A DNA stretch of 50,664 bases from Hyphomicrobiales bacterium (GTDB lineage: Bacteria; Pseudomonadota; Alphaproteobacteria; Rhizobiales; TMED25), in contig JADHLM010000001.1 of NCBI GenBank assembly GCA_016780665.1, positions 1 through 50,664 on the forward strand. Direction: 5' to 3'. Shown here one piece after another: positions 39,986 to 50,664 of the stretch. Under the pieces are notes generated by a model. It saw only the letters and a list, made by a program, of their open reading frames with translations, was not told the origin of the DNA and made no database searches. Numbering within the stretch: the first letter of the stretch is position 1; each line of letters begins with the position of its first letter. The position numbers were made by a program, and so were the translations under genes.

Positions 39986-40802
39986 TAAAATCTTCTAAGA
40001 AGAATTGTTCATCTTTCTCTATTAGAAATGTCATTTTGATATCCTTATTCTTAAAATCTTGATCATATGATCTGAATGTAAAATTATAATTCATATAATT
40101 TTTCTGTTTGGATTGGTTGTCGGATAAAAAATAGTCATCTGAAGTTAATGGAAAAATGGCATCTATTCTTTCATTAAAGATAATTTGAAGATTATCATCT
40201 GATTTTATGTCATAAAATATAATATCATTTATAAAAATAATATTATCACTTCTATATTTTGGAATATCTTTTAAAGCATTTTGGATCAATTTATATCTAA
40301 TTTTACTATAATTAGTCGGTTTATCATCTAATTTAAAAGATATTGTCTGGTTAATAGGAATACAAACAAGATTGCAAACACCAAAATTCATATCTAACTC
40401 AATATCATCTCCATATTCATAGTTTTCGAGTGATATCGTAATTGGTATCAAAACTGCGTCCTTATAAATATAATTAGTGCCAAATTCATCTTTTAACAGA
40501 TTAGGTGTAGGCCAATTAATATAATAATCATTGATATACTTGTTCTTGATAATTATTGAGGGCTCAATTCCACTGTCACCTGGATTTGACCAATAAGTAT
40601 AAGTATTATCTTCTAATAATACTTCTACACCAATGTGGGTCAATTCGCCGTGAACTTCGGATGTAATAATCCGTATTTTTGAATATGTATTATGATACCA
40701 GTCATCATCACTACTATCTAATACTAATATATTCATTACACCGAGTGTAATTAAAAATAGAACAAAAAATAGATGGGCTAAAATTCTAATATTTTTGGCC
40801 AT
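39972..40802 (-). CDS. Membrane-anchored protein with DsbD/ScsB N-terminal-like (PF11412-type) domain
   Basis: It has an N-terminal TM helix (ILAHLFFVLFLITLGVM), then TYWSNPGDSGIEP, INWPTP and FGVCNLVCIP, matching the YW-x-PGD-G / WP-P / C-x3-CIP pattern I recall for this domain. The C-terminal ~110 aa are unassigned. The start is set at ATG 40802; the track ORF extends to 40910, inside the GNAT gene. Confidence 0.55.
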   Translation of the reverse strand: MAKNIRILAHLFFVLFLITLGVMNILVLDSSDDDWYHNTYSKIRIITSEVHGELTHIGVEVLLEDNTYTYWSNPGDSGIEPSIIIKNKYINDYYINWPTPNLLKDEFGTNYIYKDAVLIPITISLENYEYGDDIELDMNFGVCNLVCIPINQTISFKLDDKPTNYSKIRYKLIQNALKDIPKYRSDNIIFINDIIFYDIKSDDNLQIIFNERIDAIFPLTSDDYFLSDNQSKQKNYMNYNFTFRSYDQDFKNKDIKMTFLIEKDEQFFLEDFIINP

Positions 40803-41373
40803 TATTAATTTCATTATATTTATTTTTAGTGAGACCAAAAAGTAAGTGGTCTTCCCATTTACCATTAATACGAAGAAATTCTTTTGCATATCCCTCTTCT
40901 TCAAAACCAATATTAATCAAAAGGTTTTTTGATGCAATATTCCTAGGAATGCACGCCGCTTCAATTCTGTTGAATTTAAGTTCTAAAAATAATTGTTTAA
41001 TTAACAATTTCAAAGCATTTCTCATATAGCCTTTTCGTGAGTAATTTTGACCAATCCAATAACCAAGTGTACAACTTTGTGAGATACCAGTTTTAATGTT
41101 AAAAACATTTACACCACCAACTAAATCATTATCTGCGTTAAAAATAAAAAAAGAATATTGGAGATTGTTTTTTCTTTTCTGAGAATAAATTGAGAGTAAC
41201 TTCAAATATCTATTAAAACTATGTTCTCCAGGTCGCCAGGTTGGTTCCCATGGAGTTAAAAAATCCCTACTCTTTTCCCTCACAGCCTTCCAACTTTTGT
41301 AATTAAAAATTGATGGATATTTAAGTGTAATCTCAGATGATGATATTGATTGATTTTTTTTATAGAATACCAA
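40786..41373 (-). CDS. GNAT-family N-acetyltransferase (RimJ/RimL-like)
   Basis: 195 aa with the acetyl-CoA-binding region YWIGQNYSRKGYMRNALKLLI and NIASKNLLINIGFEEEG, typical of RimJ-like GNATs. Confidence 0.75.
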   Translation of the reverse strand: MVFYKKNQSISSSEITLKYPSIFNYKSWKAVREKSRDFLTPWEPTWRPGEHSFNRYLKLLSIYSQKRKNNLQYSFFIFNADNDLVGGVNVFNIKTGISQSCTLGYWIGQNYSRKGYMRNALKLLIKQLFLELKFNRIEAACIPRNIASKNLLINIGFEEEGYAKEFLRINGKWEDHLLFGLTKNKYNEINNGQKY

Positions 41374-41388
41374 GTTAAGACTCCGATA

Positions 41389-42648
41389 TTATTTATAAAA
41401 GCTCACTATATCTTCCTTAGCTCTAAGAGTCTTAATAGCGCCGAGTGCACTAATTGTCATTTTTTCTGGTATAAATGTCTTTTCAATAAATTCTTTTATA
41501 TGGTTCAAATTTATTGCTTCTATTTTATTTAGAGTCTCATTAATATCAATGACCCGATCATAAATTGATACTTGTCGTGCAATTTGATTCATTCTTGCCA
41601 TTGGATTTTCTGATGACATTAATAATCCTGCTCGTATCTGTTTTTTTGCTTTATTTATTTCCTGCTCTGAAATGTTACATTTAGATAATAATATTTCATT
41701 TGCAACAGCTTCACTATACTCATTAACTTTTTCTGGTGATGTAGCAGAGTAAACCCCAAAAACTCCTGTATCCCTATATGAACTAGAAAAAGAGAATACG
41801 CTGTATGCCAGCCCTAATTTTTCTCTTATATTTTGAAATAATCTAGATGACATACCGCCACCTAAAATGTTTGAGAAAATATGAGATACATACAAATCAT
41901 CAGCGAAATATGAACAACCTTCAAATGCATATATAATATGTGCCTGTTCAATATTCCTCTCTTCTCTAATTTCAGAAGGGTTATATTCAGCATCTTTGAT
42001 GGGAGGTGTTTTTCCTTTGGGTATTGAGTTAAAATATTTATTACATAGATCCACTAATTCTTCATGTTTTATAGCTCCTGTTGCTACAATTGTTAAATTT
42101 TCTGCATGATAGTGATCATCTAAATAGTTTTTGATATTTTCTGATTTAATACTCATTAAAGTCTCTTTATTTCCAAGTATAGATCTGCCGATAGCTTGAT
42201 CTTGGTAGGCAGCACTTTGGAAATTTTCAAAAACCATATCATCTGGTGAGTCAATTGTAGAAGCTAATTCTTGCAGTATAACATTTTTTTCTCTACTCAA
42301 TTCAATAGGATCGAATACTGAGTTTTGTATGATATCAGATAAAATTGACACACCAATCTCAACGTCATTTTTTAGTAATCTAACATAATATGATGTTCTC
42401 TCCACACTTGTTGAAGCATTAATATCCCCTCCAACATTTTCTATCTCAAGGGCAATTTGTTTTGCTGTTCTTGATTTTGTACCCTTGAATGCCATATGTT
42501 CCAATAAATGTGATATACCTTGTTCACTCTTCTTCTCATTCCTGGATCCAACCTCAGCCCAAACACCAAGGGACACAGAACTAAAATTTGGCATATATTG
42601 TGATATTACTCTAATATTATTATCAATCTTGCTATCTGTAATTAACAT
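41389..42648 (-). CDS. M16-family zinc metallopeptidase (processing-peptidase-like)
   Basis: 419 aa with the inverted zinc motif HLLEHMAFKG (HxxEH) and a downstream Glu in the NASTSVERTSY region. Confidence 0.9.
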   Translation of the reverse strand: MLITDSKIDNNIRVISQYMPNFSSVSLGVWAEVGSRNEKKSEQGISHLLEHMAFKGTKSRTAKQIALEIENVGGDINASTSVERTSYYVRLLKNDVEIGVSILSDIIQNSVFDPIELSREKNVILQELASTIDSPDDMVFENFQSAAYQDQAIGRSILGNKETLMSIKSENIKNYLDDHYHAENLTIVATGAIKHEELVDLCNKYFNSIPKGKTPPIKDAEYNPSEIREERNIEQAHIIYAFEGCSYFADDLYVSHIFSNILGGGMSSRLFQNIREKLGLAYSVFSFSSSYRDTGVFGVYSATSPEKVNEYSEAVANEILLSKCNISEQEINKAKKQIRAGLLMSSENPMARMNQIARQVSIYDRVIDINETLNKIEAINLNHIKEFIEKTFIPEKMTISALGAIKTLRAKEDIVSFYK

Positions 42649-42652
42649 CTAC

Positions 42653-44038
42653 TTATTTCCTATAATTATTTAAAATATATTCTTTGATTTCACTTAGTTT
42701 ATTATTCTTTGAAAGAATTCTTTCTTCTTGCTCATATATATTAACATTAGTTATTGGTATTTCAGGATATATTCCGATAGCCTTATCAACTGTTTCTGGA
42801 AATTTTGCAGGGTGTGCGGTGGACAAAATAACTGACTGTTCATATTTGTTTTTAAATTGTATACCCATTGCAACTGCGGTGTGAGGATCTATAATTTCAC
42901 CATATTCTAAATATACTTTTCTAATTATATCTAATGTCTCAGAATCATCCAAAGATCCAGCCCCGAAAGAAGCTCTAAATTGAGACAATTGATTGTTATC
43001 TAATTTAAATCTATTGTGATTAGCAAGATCTGACATTTTTTCACAAACTATTTTTGACTTTCTACCCACTAAATCAAATAGTAAACGTTCAAAATTACTT
43101 GAAATCTGTATATCCATAGATGGTGAAATTGTAGGGATAACTCCAGAAATCGCATAATTACCTGATTTAAAACATTCCTCTAGAATATTATTTTTATTTG
43201 TAGCGACAACTAACTGATTGATACTTAAACCCATCATCTTTGCAATATATCCTGCAAAAATATCCCCAAAATTACCAGTTGGCACAATAAAATTTATTTT
43301 ACCAGATTTATCATTAAGCTGACTGCAAGCTGAAAAATAATACATTATCTGAATCATTATTCTTGCCCAGTTTATTGAATTAACAGCAGTTAGTTGGACA
43401 CTATCTGAGAGTTTCTTATCTTTAAATAGAGCTTTTACAATATTCTGACAATCATCAAATGTGCCATCAATCGAAATAACATGTACATTACTAGATGAAT
43501 TTGTTGTCATGAATCTTCTTTGAACTTCTGAGATTCTATCTTTTGGGAACAAAACATACAAATCAATGTTATTTTTATTTGCAAAAGCTGATACAGCGGC
43601 ACCACCTGTATCACCGGAAGTTGCGCAAATTATAGACGCTCTTTTTTTATTTCTATCTAATACATGTTCGATCATCCTTGATAATAACTGCATAGCTAAG
43701 TCTTTGAAAGCTAGTGTAGGTCCATGATGAAGCTCTAGAATAGATATTTTATCATTAATTGTTTTTAATGGTGTTACCCTCCTATCTCTAAAGGTAGAAT
43801 AGGATTCTTCAGTCATTTGTGATAGTTTTGAGATTTCAAATGTATCTCCAGTAAATAGCTTTATAATTTCAAAGGTAATATTTTGATAGTCTTTAGAGAG
43901 AAGATCTTTAATTGTATTTTCATCCAGTTCAGGAATAAACTCAGGAACGAAAAGACCGCCATCATCAGCTAGACCTTTTAGAAGTATATCTTCAAAGGAA
44001 AACTTGTGTTTTTGATCACGTGTACTGATATATTGCAT
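42653..44038 (-). CDS. thrC: Threonine synthase
   Basis: 461 aa with N-terminal YISTR, the LADDGGLFVP block, the PLP-lysine block HGPTLAFKD, and SGDTGGAA. Confidence 0.95.
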   Translation of the reverse strand: MQYISTRDQKHKFSFEDILLKGLADDGGLFVPEFIPELDENTIKDLLSKDYQNITFEIIKLFTGDTFEISKLSQMTEESYSTFRDRRVTPLKTINDKISILELHHGPTLAFKDLAMQLLSRMIEHVLDRNKKRASIICATSGDTGGAAVSAFANKNNIDLYVLFPKDRISEVQRRFMTTNSSSNVHVISIDGTFDDCQNIVKALFKDKKLSDSVQLTAVNSINWARIMIQIMYYFSACSQLNDKSGKINFIVPTGNFGDIFAGYIAKMMGLSINQLVVATNKNNILEECFKSGNYAISGVIPTISPSMDIQISSNFERLLFDLVGRKSKIVCEKMSDLANHNRFKLDNNQLSQFRASFGAGSLDDSETLDIIRKVYLEYGEIIDPHTAVAMGIQFKNKYEQSVILSTAHPAKFPETVDKAIGIYPEIPITNVNIYEQEERILSKNNKLSEIKEYILNNYRK

Positions 44039-44039
44039 T

Positions 44040-44771
44040 TTAACGTATCTCTCTTCTACTTTTTATTATTGAATATAAATATATAAATAATAATACTGTT
44101 GCAAGACTATACCATGTAATTGCGTATGATAGATGATTATCAGAAAAAGTTAATTTTGTTTCGTTTGATTGAGGTAAGTTAATGCTAGTATCAATTAAAT
44201 CAATATAAAAAACTGTTTTTATTTCTATTCCAAAAAATTTACTCAGATCCTCTTTATTAAATAAATAAGCAACTTTTTCTTTGAAATTTGCTTCAGGCGT
44301 AAATATATTATTTTTCTCGTATCTTTTTATATATCCTTCAATTGAAACGTTAGAAGTTGTATCATTGTATTTTGGATAATTACTAATATTTGTTTGTGGT
44401 ACAAATCCTCTATTTACAATTAACACATCATTATCTTTAACTATAAAAGGATTTAGTATCCAGTAGCCGGCTCCACCAAATTCTCCTCTGGGATTTGATA
44501 AGTTAGCAAAAACACGTGCCTCTAATCCATTCATGTATTTACCTTCTATGTTTACTTTCTTGTATAACCAATCGTTTAAATTTTCTGCTGTAATTTCTAT
44601 ATTATCTAACAAGATAGTTTCGTAGCTGGTTCGCTTAATTTGTTCTAATAATTCAGCTTTCTGTGCCTTACGATCTAATTGCCATGACCCAAGGCAAAGT
44701 AATATGACAAAGGTAAATATTACAAGAAGGTTTAATGTTAATAACTTAAGTTTACTCATTCTATACTTCAT
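44040..44771 (-). CDS. SURF1-family cytochrome oxidase assembly protein
   Basis: 243 aa with N- and C-terminal TM helices, LGSWQLDRK near the N-terminus and NHLSYAITWYSLA near the C-terminus. Confidence 0.85.
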   Translation of the reverse strand: MKYRMSKLKLLTLNLLVIFTFVILLCLGSWQLDRKAQKAELLEQIKRTSYETILLDNIEITAENLNDWLYKKVNIEGKYMNGLEARVFANLSNPRGEFGGAGYWILNPFIVKDNDVLIVNRGFVPQTNISNYPKYNDTTSNVSIEGYIKRYEKNNIFTPEANFKEKVAYLFNKEDLSKFFGIEIKTVFYIDLIDTSINLPQSNETKLTFSDNHLSYAITWYSLATVLLFIYLYSIIKSRREIR

Positions 44772-45126
44772 TAGATCTTTTTATTTCATATGCTGAGTAT
44801 AAAAATAAACTCTTCACAGGTCGCTTAATCAGTAATGATAAGAGTATTGTCATTGGCACCCATATAATTAATTGTATAACTAAATCAGGTTTGTAGTTAA
44901 ATTCTGTGTATAATACACCACCCATGATGATTATACCAACTATCAGAATAACAAAAAAAGTATCAGCATCACCTAAATGATATCCAGAATAGTTTTCTGA
45001 GCATTTTTCACATTTTTTCTTTGTAATAAAAAGATTAGTAAATGTAGATGAGTTAACACAATTAGGACAAAGCCCTAATATGACAATTTTAAATAAACGT
45101 GAAAAATTACTTTTAAGTAAATACAA
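44761..45126 (-). CDS. DUF983 zinc-ribbon membrane protein
   Basis: 121 aa with a CPNC...CEKC zinc-ribbon followed by two TM helices. It sits between ctaE and SURF1, as in many Alphaproteobacteria. Confidence 0.7.
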   Translation of the reverse strand: MYLLKSNFSRLFKIVILGLCPNCVNSSTFTNLFITKKKCEKCSENYSGYHLGDADTFFVILIVGIIIMGGVLYTEFNYKPDLVIQLIIWVPMTILLSLLIKRPVKSLFLYSAYEIKRSNEV

Positions 45127-45145
45127 TTAATTTTGGCAAATATTA

Positions 45146-45979
45146 TTAATGAGGAATAATATCTCCAGCTCCCCAAACATATATAGCAGCAAACAGGAAG
45201 AGCCAGACAACATCAACAAAATGCCAATACCAAGCAGCAGCTTCAAATCCAAAATGGCTATCTTTTTTGAAATGTCCCGCACCAACGCGCAAAGTGCATA
45301 CAATTAGGAATATTGTACCTACGAGCACATGAAAACCATGGAATCCAGTAGCCATGAAAAAAGTTGCTCCATAAATATGACCACTAAAATCAAATGCGGC
45401 ATGACTATATTCATAGGCTTGTACGCATGTAAAGATTGCTCCTAAAGCAACTGTTAATAATAAACCAAGTCTCAGTCCTTTACGATCATCGTGAAGTAAT
45501 GAGTGATGTGCCCATGTTACAGCAGTACCAGATGTTAGAAGGATTAATGTATTTAATAATGGTAGATGCCAAGGATCAAAAGTTGCAATCTGGTCTGGTG
45601 GCCAATGTCCACCTGTTAAATCAGTTCTTAGATACTGTTGAACTTCCCCTGCATACAGTGAAGCATCAAAGTATGACCAGAACCACGCAACAAAAAACAT
45701 TACCTCTGAGGCAATGAACATAATCATACCATATCTAAGATGCAATTGAACGACTGGAGTATGATCACCTTTATGAGCTTCCTTGATCACCTCTCTCCAC
45801 CAACCGTACATTGTATAAAGAACTGCTAAGAGACCTAAAATTAGAAGCCAGTAACTATCTTGATGAAAATATAAAACAGCTCCGATTGCGGTAATAAAAG
45901 CTGAAATGGCTCCAATTACAGGCCACGGGCTTGGATCAACTAGATGATAGTCATGATTTTTTGTATGGGTTTCACTCAT
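45146..45979 (-). CDS. ctaE: Cytochrome c oxidase subunit III
   Basis: 277 aa with HDYHLVDPSPWP at the N-terminus, seven helices, FFMATGFHGFHVLVGT and AAWYWHFVDVVWLFLF. Confidence 0.96.
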   Translation of the reverse strand: MSETHTKNHDYHLVDPSPWPVIGAISAFITAIGAVLYFHQDSYWLLILGLLAVLYTMYGWWREVIKEAHKGDHTPVVQLHLRYGMIMFIASEVMFFVAWFWSYFDASLYAGEVQQYLRTDLTGGHWPPDQIATFDPWHLPLLNTLILLTSGTAVTWAHHSLLHDDRKGLRLGLLLTVALGAIFTCVQAYEYSHAAFDFSGHIYGATFFMATGFHGFHVLVGTIFLIVCTLRVGAGHFKKDSHFGFEAAAWYWHFVDVVWLFLFAAIYVWGAGDIIPH

Positions 45980-46043
45980 AATTGTTGTCTCTTAATAGAT
46001 GAATAGTTTCATTCAATTTTGCCTTATTATATACATAATTTTT

Positions 46044-46568
46044 TCACAATAAATCCTTATTTTTAAAAAAAGTATAAGAAATAGTAATTGTATCAACATC
46101 TTTTAATTCTTTATCACGATCAATTGAAGGGTCTATGAAAAAAGTTAAAGGCATATTAATTTCTTCTTCAGGTTTTAGTTCTTGGCCTGTAAAACAGAAA
46201 CATTCTACTTTGAGAATATATGCAGCTGCTTCAGCTGGAATCACATTATACGTAGCCACTCCATTTGTAATAAAATTTGATAAGTTTTTTGCTTCGTAAT
46301 ACGTGAAGATGTTATCTCCTGTTTTAATTTTATCGGATATTTTTTCTGAGGTTACTGACCAATTTAGATCAGATGATATATTAGTGTCATAACGAATAAT
46401 AAATTCACGATCACCAATCTCAGATGATACATTAATTACACTTGGTGTTCCTTTGTATCCTGTAATTTTACAAAATAATTCATATAATGGGACAGCTGCG
46501 AGTGATAACCCTCCCATGAACAAGATAATCGATAAACATAAGACTAATATTTTTTTATTATTATTCAT
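46044..46568 (-). CDS. ctaG: Cytochrome c oxidase assembly protein CtaG/Cox11
   Basis: 174 aa with an N-terminal anchor, LYELFCKITGYKGT, and the copper-binding CFCF motif (KVECFCFTGQ). Confidence 0.9.
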   Translation of the reverse strand: MNNNKKILVLCLSIILFMGGLSLAAVPLYELFCKITGYKGTPSVINVSSEIGDREFIIRYDTNISSDLNWSVTSEKISDKIKTGDNIFTYYEAKNLSNFITNGVATYNVIPAEAAAYILKVECFCFTGQELKPEEEINMPLTFFIDPSIDRDKELKDVDTITISYTFFKNKDLL

Positions 46569-46581
46569 TAAAATAGCTTAT

Positions 46582-46740
46582 TTACTGGGAGATATTAGAG
46601 ATTAGTTGAAGAATTGTTGTAACAAAAAATATTACAACCAATAAGAATAAAATTATTGCAATTGCTTGTGATTTTTTTCTTCTATTAGAGAGGAATATAT
46701 CTTTTTTAGTTTTATTATTATTTAAATCATTATTACTCAT
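46582..46740 (-). CDS. Small single-pass membrane protein in the ctaB-ctaG interval
   Basis: 52 aa counted from the internal ATG (MSNNDLNNNKTKK...), with one strongly hydrophobic helix (AIAIILFLLVVIFFVTTIL). The track ORF start at 46782 would overlap ctaB by 35 nt. Coding status is supported only by position and hydrophobicity. Confidence 0.4.
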   Translation of the reverse strand: MSNNDLNNNKTKKDIFLSNRRKKSQAIAIILFLLVVIFFVTTILQLISNISQ

Positions 46741-46747
46741 AGAAAAT

Positions 46748-47644
46748 TTACCCCCCAAGATAAGACTTATAAAAATAGTCAATTAGAAATAAGATATAAA
46801 TTAAAAACAGATATAATATTGAATACAAAAATAATCTTTTCGAGTGTTTTTTTTGCTTTTGCTCATCGCTTGATTTATATAATTGAAGAGAGATAATTAT
46901 AAAGACAACACTTAAAATAATTGCTGGTATTAGGAACAAAATTGAGACCATCCCAATATAATATGGTGCAATGACGGAAATTGACATAACTATTGAATAA
47001 TAAACAATTTGACGTTTTGTATAATCATTACCTACTACATTTGGCATCATAGGAATACTAGCTTTTTCATAATCACTTGATGTAACAATAGCGAGAGCCC
47101 AAAAATGTGGTGGAGTCCATAAAAAAATTATAAAAAATAGTATAATAGGCTCGATCGCGATTGGTGCACCAGTTGATAACCAACCAATTATTGGTGGAAA
47201 AGCACCTGCAGCCCCTCCTATTACTATATTCTGCATTGTTCTTCTTTTTAACCACATTGTATATATGACTGCGTAAAAGAATATTGTGAAGGCTAAGAGA
47301 AATGAGGCGCTCCAGTTGATCAGTATGCCCATAATTATAACTGAACCAGCAGATATTACCATTCCATATGTAAGTGCCTCATTTTTGTTTATGTTGCCTG
47401 CTGGAATTGGCCTATTAATTGTCCTCTTCATTAATCTATCAATATCAGAGTCATACCACATATTGAGAACACCGGATGCACCAGCACCGATTGCAATACA
47501 AAGTATTGAAATTAATGCTATAAATGGATGAATTTTAACCGGTGATAGGACTAAACCAACAAAACTAGTAAATATCACAAGTGACATTACTCTTGGTTTC
47601 ATCAGATCATAAAAATCACGTACACTACTGGAGGTATATTCCAT
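46748..47644 (-). CDS. ctaB: Protohaem IX farnesyltransferase (haem O synthase)
   Basis: 298 aa, polytopic UbiA-family protein with NMWYDSDIDRLMKRTINRPIP (Asp-rich motif) and WTPPHFWALA. Confidence 0.95.
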   Translation of the reverse strand: MEYTSSSVRDFYDLMKPRVMSLVIFTSFVGLVLSPVKIHPFIALISILCIAIGAGASGVLNMWYDSDIDRLMKRTINRPIPAGNINKNEALTYGMVISAGSVIIMGILINWSASFLLAFTIFFYAVIYTMWLKRRTMQNIVIGGAAGAFPPIIGWLSTGAPIAIEPIILFFIIFLWTPPHFWALAIVTSSDYEKASIPMMPNVVGNDYTKRQIVYYSIVMSISVIAPYYIGMVSILFLIPAIILSVVFIIISLQLYKSSDEQKQKKHSKRLFLYSILYLFLIYILFLIDYFYKSYLGG

Positions 47645-47680
47645 AATTAGCTTTACAACCTATTGAAAGGTTTTAAGAAA

Positions 47681-49360
<1,680 letters not shown>

Positions 49361-49363
49361 TTA

Positions 49364-50233
49364 TTACTTAATTAATTTAACCAATTCTATATTATTACTA
49401 TCCTTCATTTTGCTAGCAAATTGTTCTGATGCGCTTACTAACCAAGCTTGATAGTCTGCTTCTTCCATAACGTGAACCTCGATAGGCATGAATGCGTGTC
49501 TGACACCACAAAGTTCTGAACACATACCATAGTATATACCTGGGTTATCTACTTTAAACCATGTTTCGTTCAACCTGCCAGGTATTGCATCCATTTTCAC
49601 TCCAAATGAAGGAACTGCCCAATTGTGTATTACGTCAGAGGATGTCACTTGCACCCTTACTACTGCACCTGCAGGTACAACAAGTGGATTATCAACTGAA
49701 AGTAGCCTCAATTTTCCTTCAGTTAATTCATCTTCTTCGAGGGGAAGTGAGTCAAAGTACATACCATCATTATCCGGATACTCATATCCCCAATACCACT
49801 GATACCCTGTGGCTTTGATTGTTAAATCTGCATCAATAGGAACATCTTGTTGCGTATATAATATTCTGAAAGATGGTATTGCTATTACAATAAGAATTAT
49901 GACTGGAACAACAGTCCATATTACTTCCACAAGAGAATTATGGGTTGTCTTAGATGGATTTGGGTTGTTTTTTGCACTGAACCTGATCATTACATAAATT
50001 AGTAATGCAGTTACAAACAAGGTAATTACAAGTATTATTGGAAATAGGAATGAATTGTGGAACCATGTAATATCAGCCATGTTTGGAGTTGCGGCATCCT
50101 GAAAAGTAAGTTGATAATCTTTGGGTACCCCTATATTCTCAGATGCGTTTGAAATTGTAGGGAGTAAAGGTATAAATCCTAGCAGTGAAAACTGCAATTT
50201 TTGAAAAAATTTATTGTAAATAGATCTGATCAT
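49364..50233 (-). CDS. coxB: Cytochrome c oxidase subunit II
   Basis: 289 aa with a signal or anchor plus two TM helices, and the CuA centre VIHNWAVP...CSELCGVRHAFMP. Confidence 0.95.
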   Translation of the reverse strand: MIRSIYNKFFQKLQFSLLGFIPLLPTISNASENIGVPKDYQLTFQDAATPNMADITWFHNSFLFPIILVITLFVTALLIYVMIRFSAKNNPNPSKTTHNSLVEVIWTVVPVIILIVIAIPSFRILYTQQDVPIDADLTIKATGYQWYWGYEYPDNDGMYFDSLPLEEDELTEGKLRLLSVDNPLVVPAGAVVRVQVTSSDVIHNWAVPSFGVKMDAIPGRLNETWFKVDNPGIYYGMCSELCGVRHAFMPIEVHVMEEADYQAWLVSASEQFASKMKDSNNIELVKLIK

Positions 50234-50419
50234 TAATATTTTATCCTGAATTGCGAATGCATATTTTTAAAACAATTTATTTATATAGAAATAATGTTTT
50301 TTGCACAAGTAATCAATATGTTAATCCTATTATATTCATTAATTATATTTATTTTTCTTAACAATACGTTTTATAGTTAATTGTGTATTAAAAATTCAAC
50401 TATTTTTTGGGAAAATTTT

Positions 50420-50664
50420 ATGTATTACGGCAAGAAAATCCATATATTATTCATTTTTGCAGTCTTTTTACTTTCTGGCATTTTCCTGAAAAGTTCTAGT
50501 TCTCAGTCATATGAATTAAATAAAAATATTGTTTACTTCCAAGATATCTTTAAAGGTATTTTATTGGAAGATAGAGATAAATGGTCGGTAGTTTGCGAAG
50601 AAAATAATGAAAGTAATTGTATTTTTGTTCAATTTCTTGAAACAAAAGCTGATGCCATTCACAT
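50420..50664 (+). CDS. Secreted protein, 5' partial (runs off the window)
   Basis: ATG at 50420 opens a frame that stays open to the window edge (81 codons). It begins with a signal-peptide-like MYYGKKIHILFIFAVFLLSGIFL, and the mature part contains W-SVVCEENNESNC. It weakly resembles IalB-family periplasmic proteins, but this is not verifiable here. Confidence 0.4.
   Translation, partial: MYYGKKIHILFIFAVFLLSGIFLKSSSSQSYELNKNIVYFQDIFKGILLEDRDKWSVVCEENNESNCIFVQFLETKADAIH

Noticed and set aside
50301-50316. FNR/FixK-like box TTGCACAAGTAATCAA upstream of coxB.
   Set aside because: The half-sites TTG..../ATCAA are spaced to give 16 nt rather than the 14-nt TTGAT-N4-ATCAA consensus, and the left half is degenerate. 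aa3-type oxidase genes are not an expected FixK target.

Overview
This 50.7-kb window is very AT-rich (about 30% G+C by eye, not computed) and extremely gene-dense. A hand tally of the gaps between accepted ORFs gives roughly 3.5% non-coding sequence. I call 53 protein-coding genes, one of them partial, and one tRNA.

Almost every gene is recognisable housekeeping, and the gene order is typical of Alphaproteobacteria:
- xseB-dxs-tlyA, nadABC, and glyQ-glyS-ppdK.
- ccrM next to mutY, followed by the DUF721 gene, dsbA and smc.
- A split F0 operon, atpI / atpB-E-F'-F.
- ispH-thrB-rnhA.
- coxB-ctaD-ctaB-ctaG-ctaE, followed by the DUF983 gene, SURF1 and thrC.

Free-living biosynthetic capacity, tiny spacers and frequent gene overlaps fit a streamlined marine alphaproteobacterium of the SAR11/Pelagibacterales type. 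That taxonomic call is inference only.

I see no mobile elements, CRISPR arrays, defence or toxin-antitoxin modules, compositional islands or gene-size anomalies. I do not think this window holds a novel multi-gene system.

The observations worth a second look are small-scale:
1. ispH encodes its conserved N-terminus, including an Fe-S ligand cysteine, upstream of any canonical start codon.
2. A family-4 UDG-like gene has lost catalytic motif A but keeps motif B.
3. A CryPro/FeS-BCP-type photolyase homologue appears to lack three of the four cluster cysteines.
4. atpI overlaps smc and is separated from atpB by the only convincing terminator-like hairpin in the window, plus a perfect 16-bp palindrome.
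5. There are a few orphan membrane or lipoprotein genes.

All family assignments rest on motifs I recognise in the supplied translations. No database search was possible.
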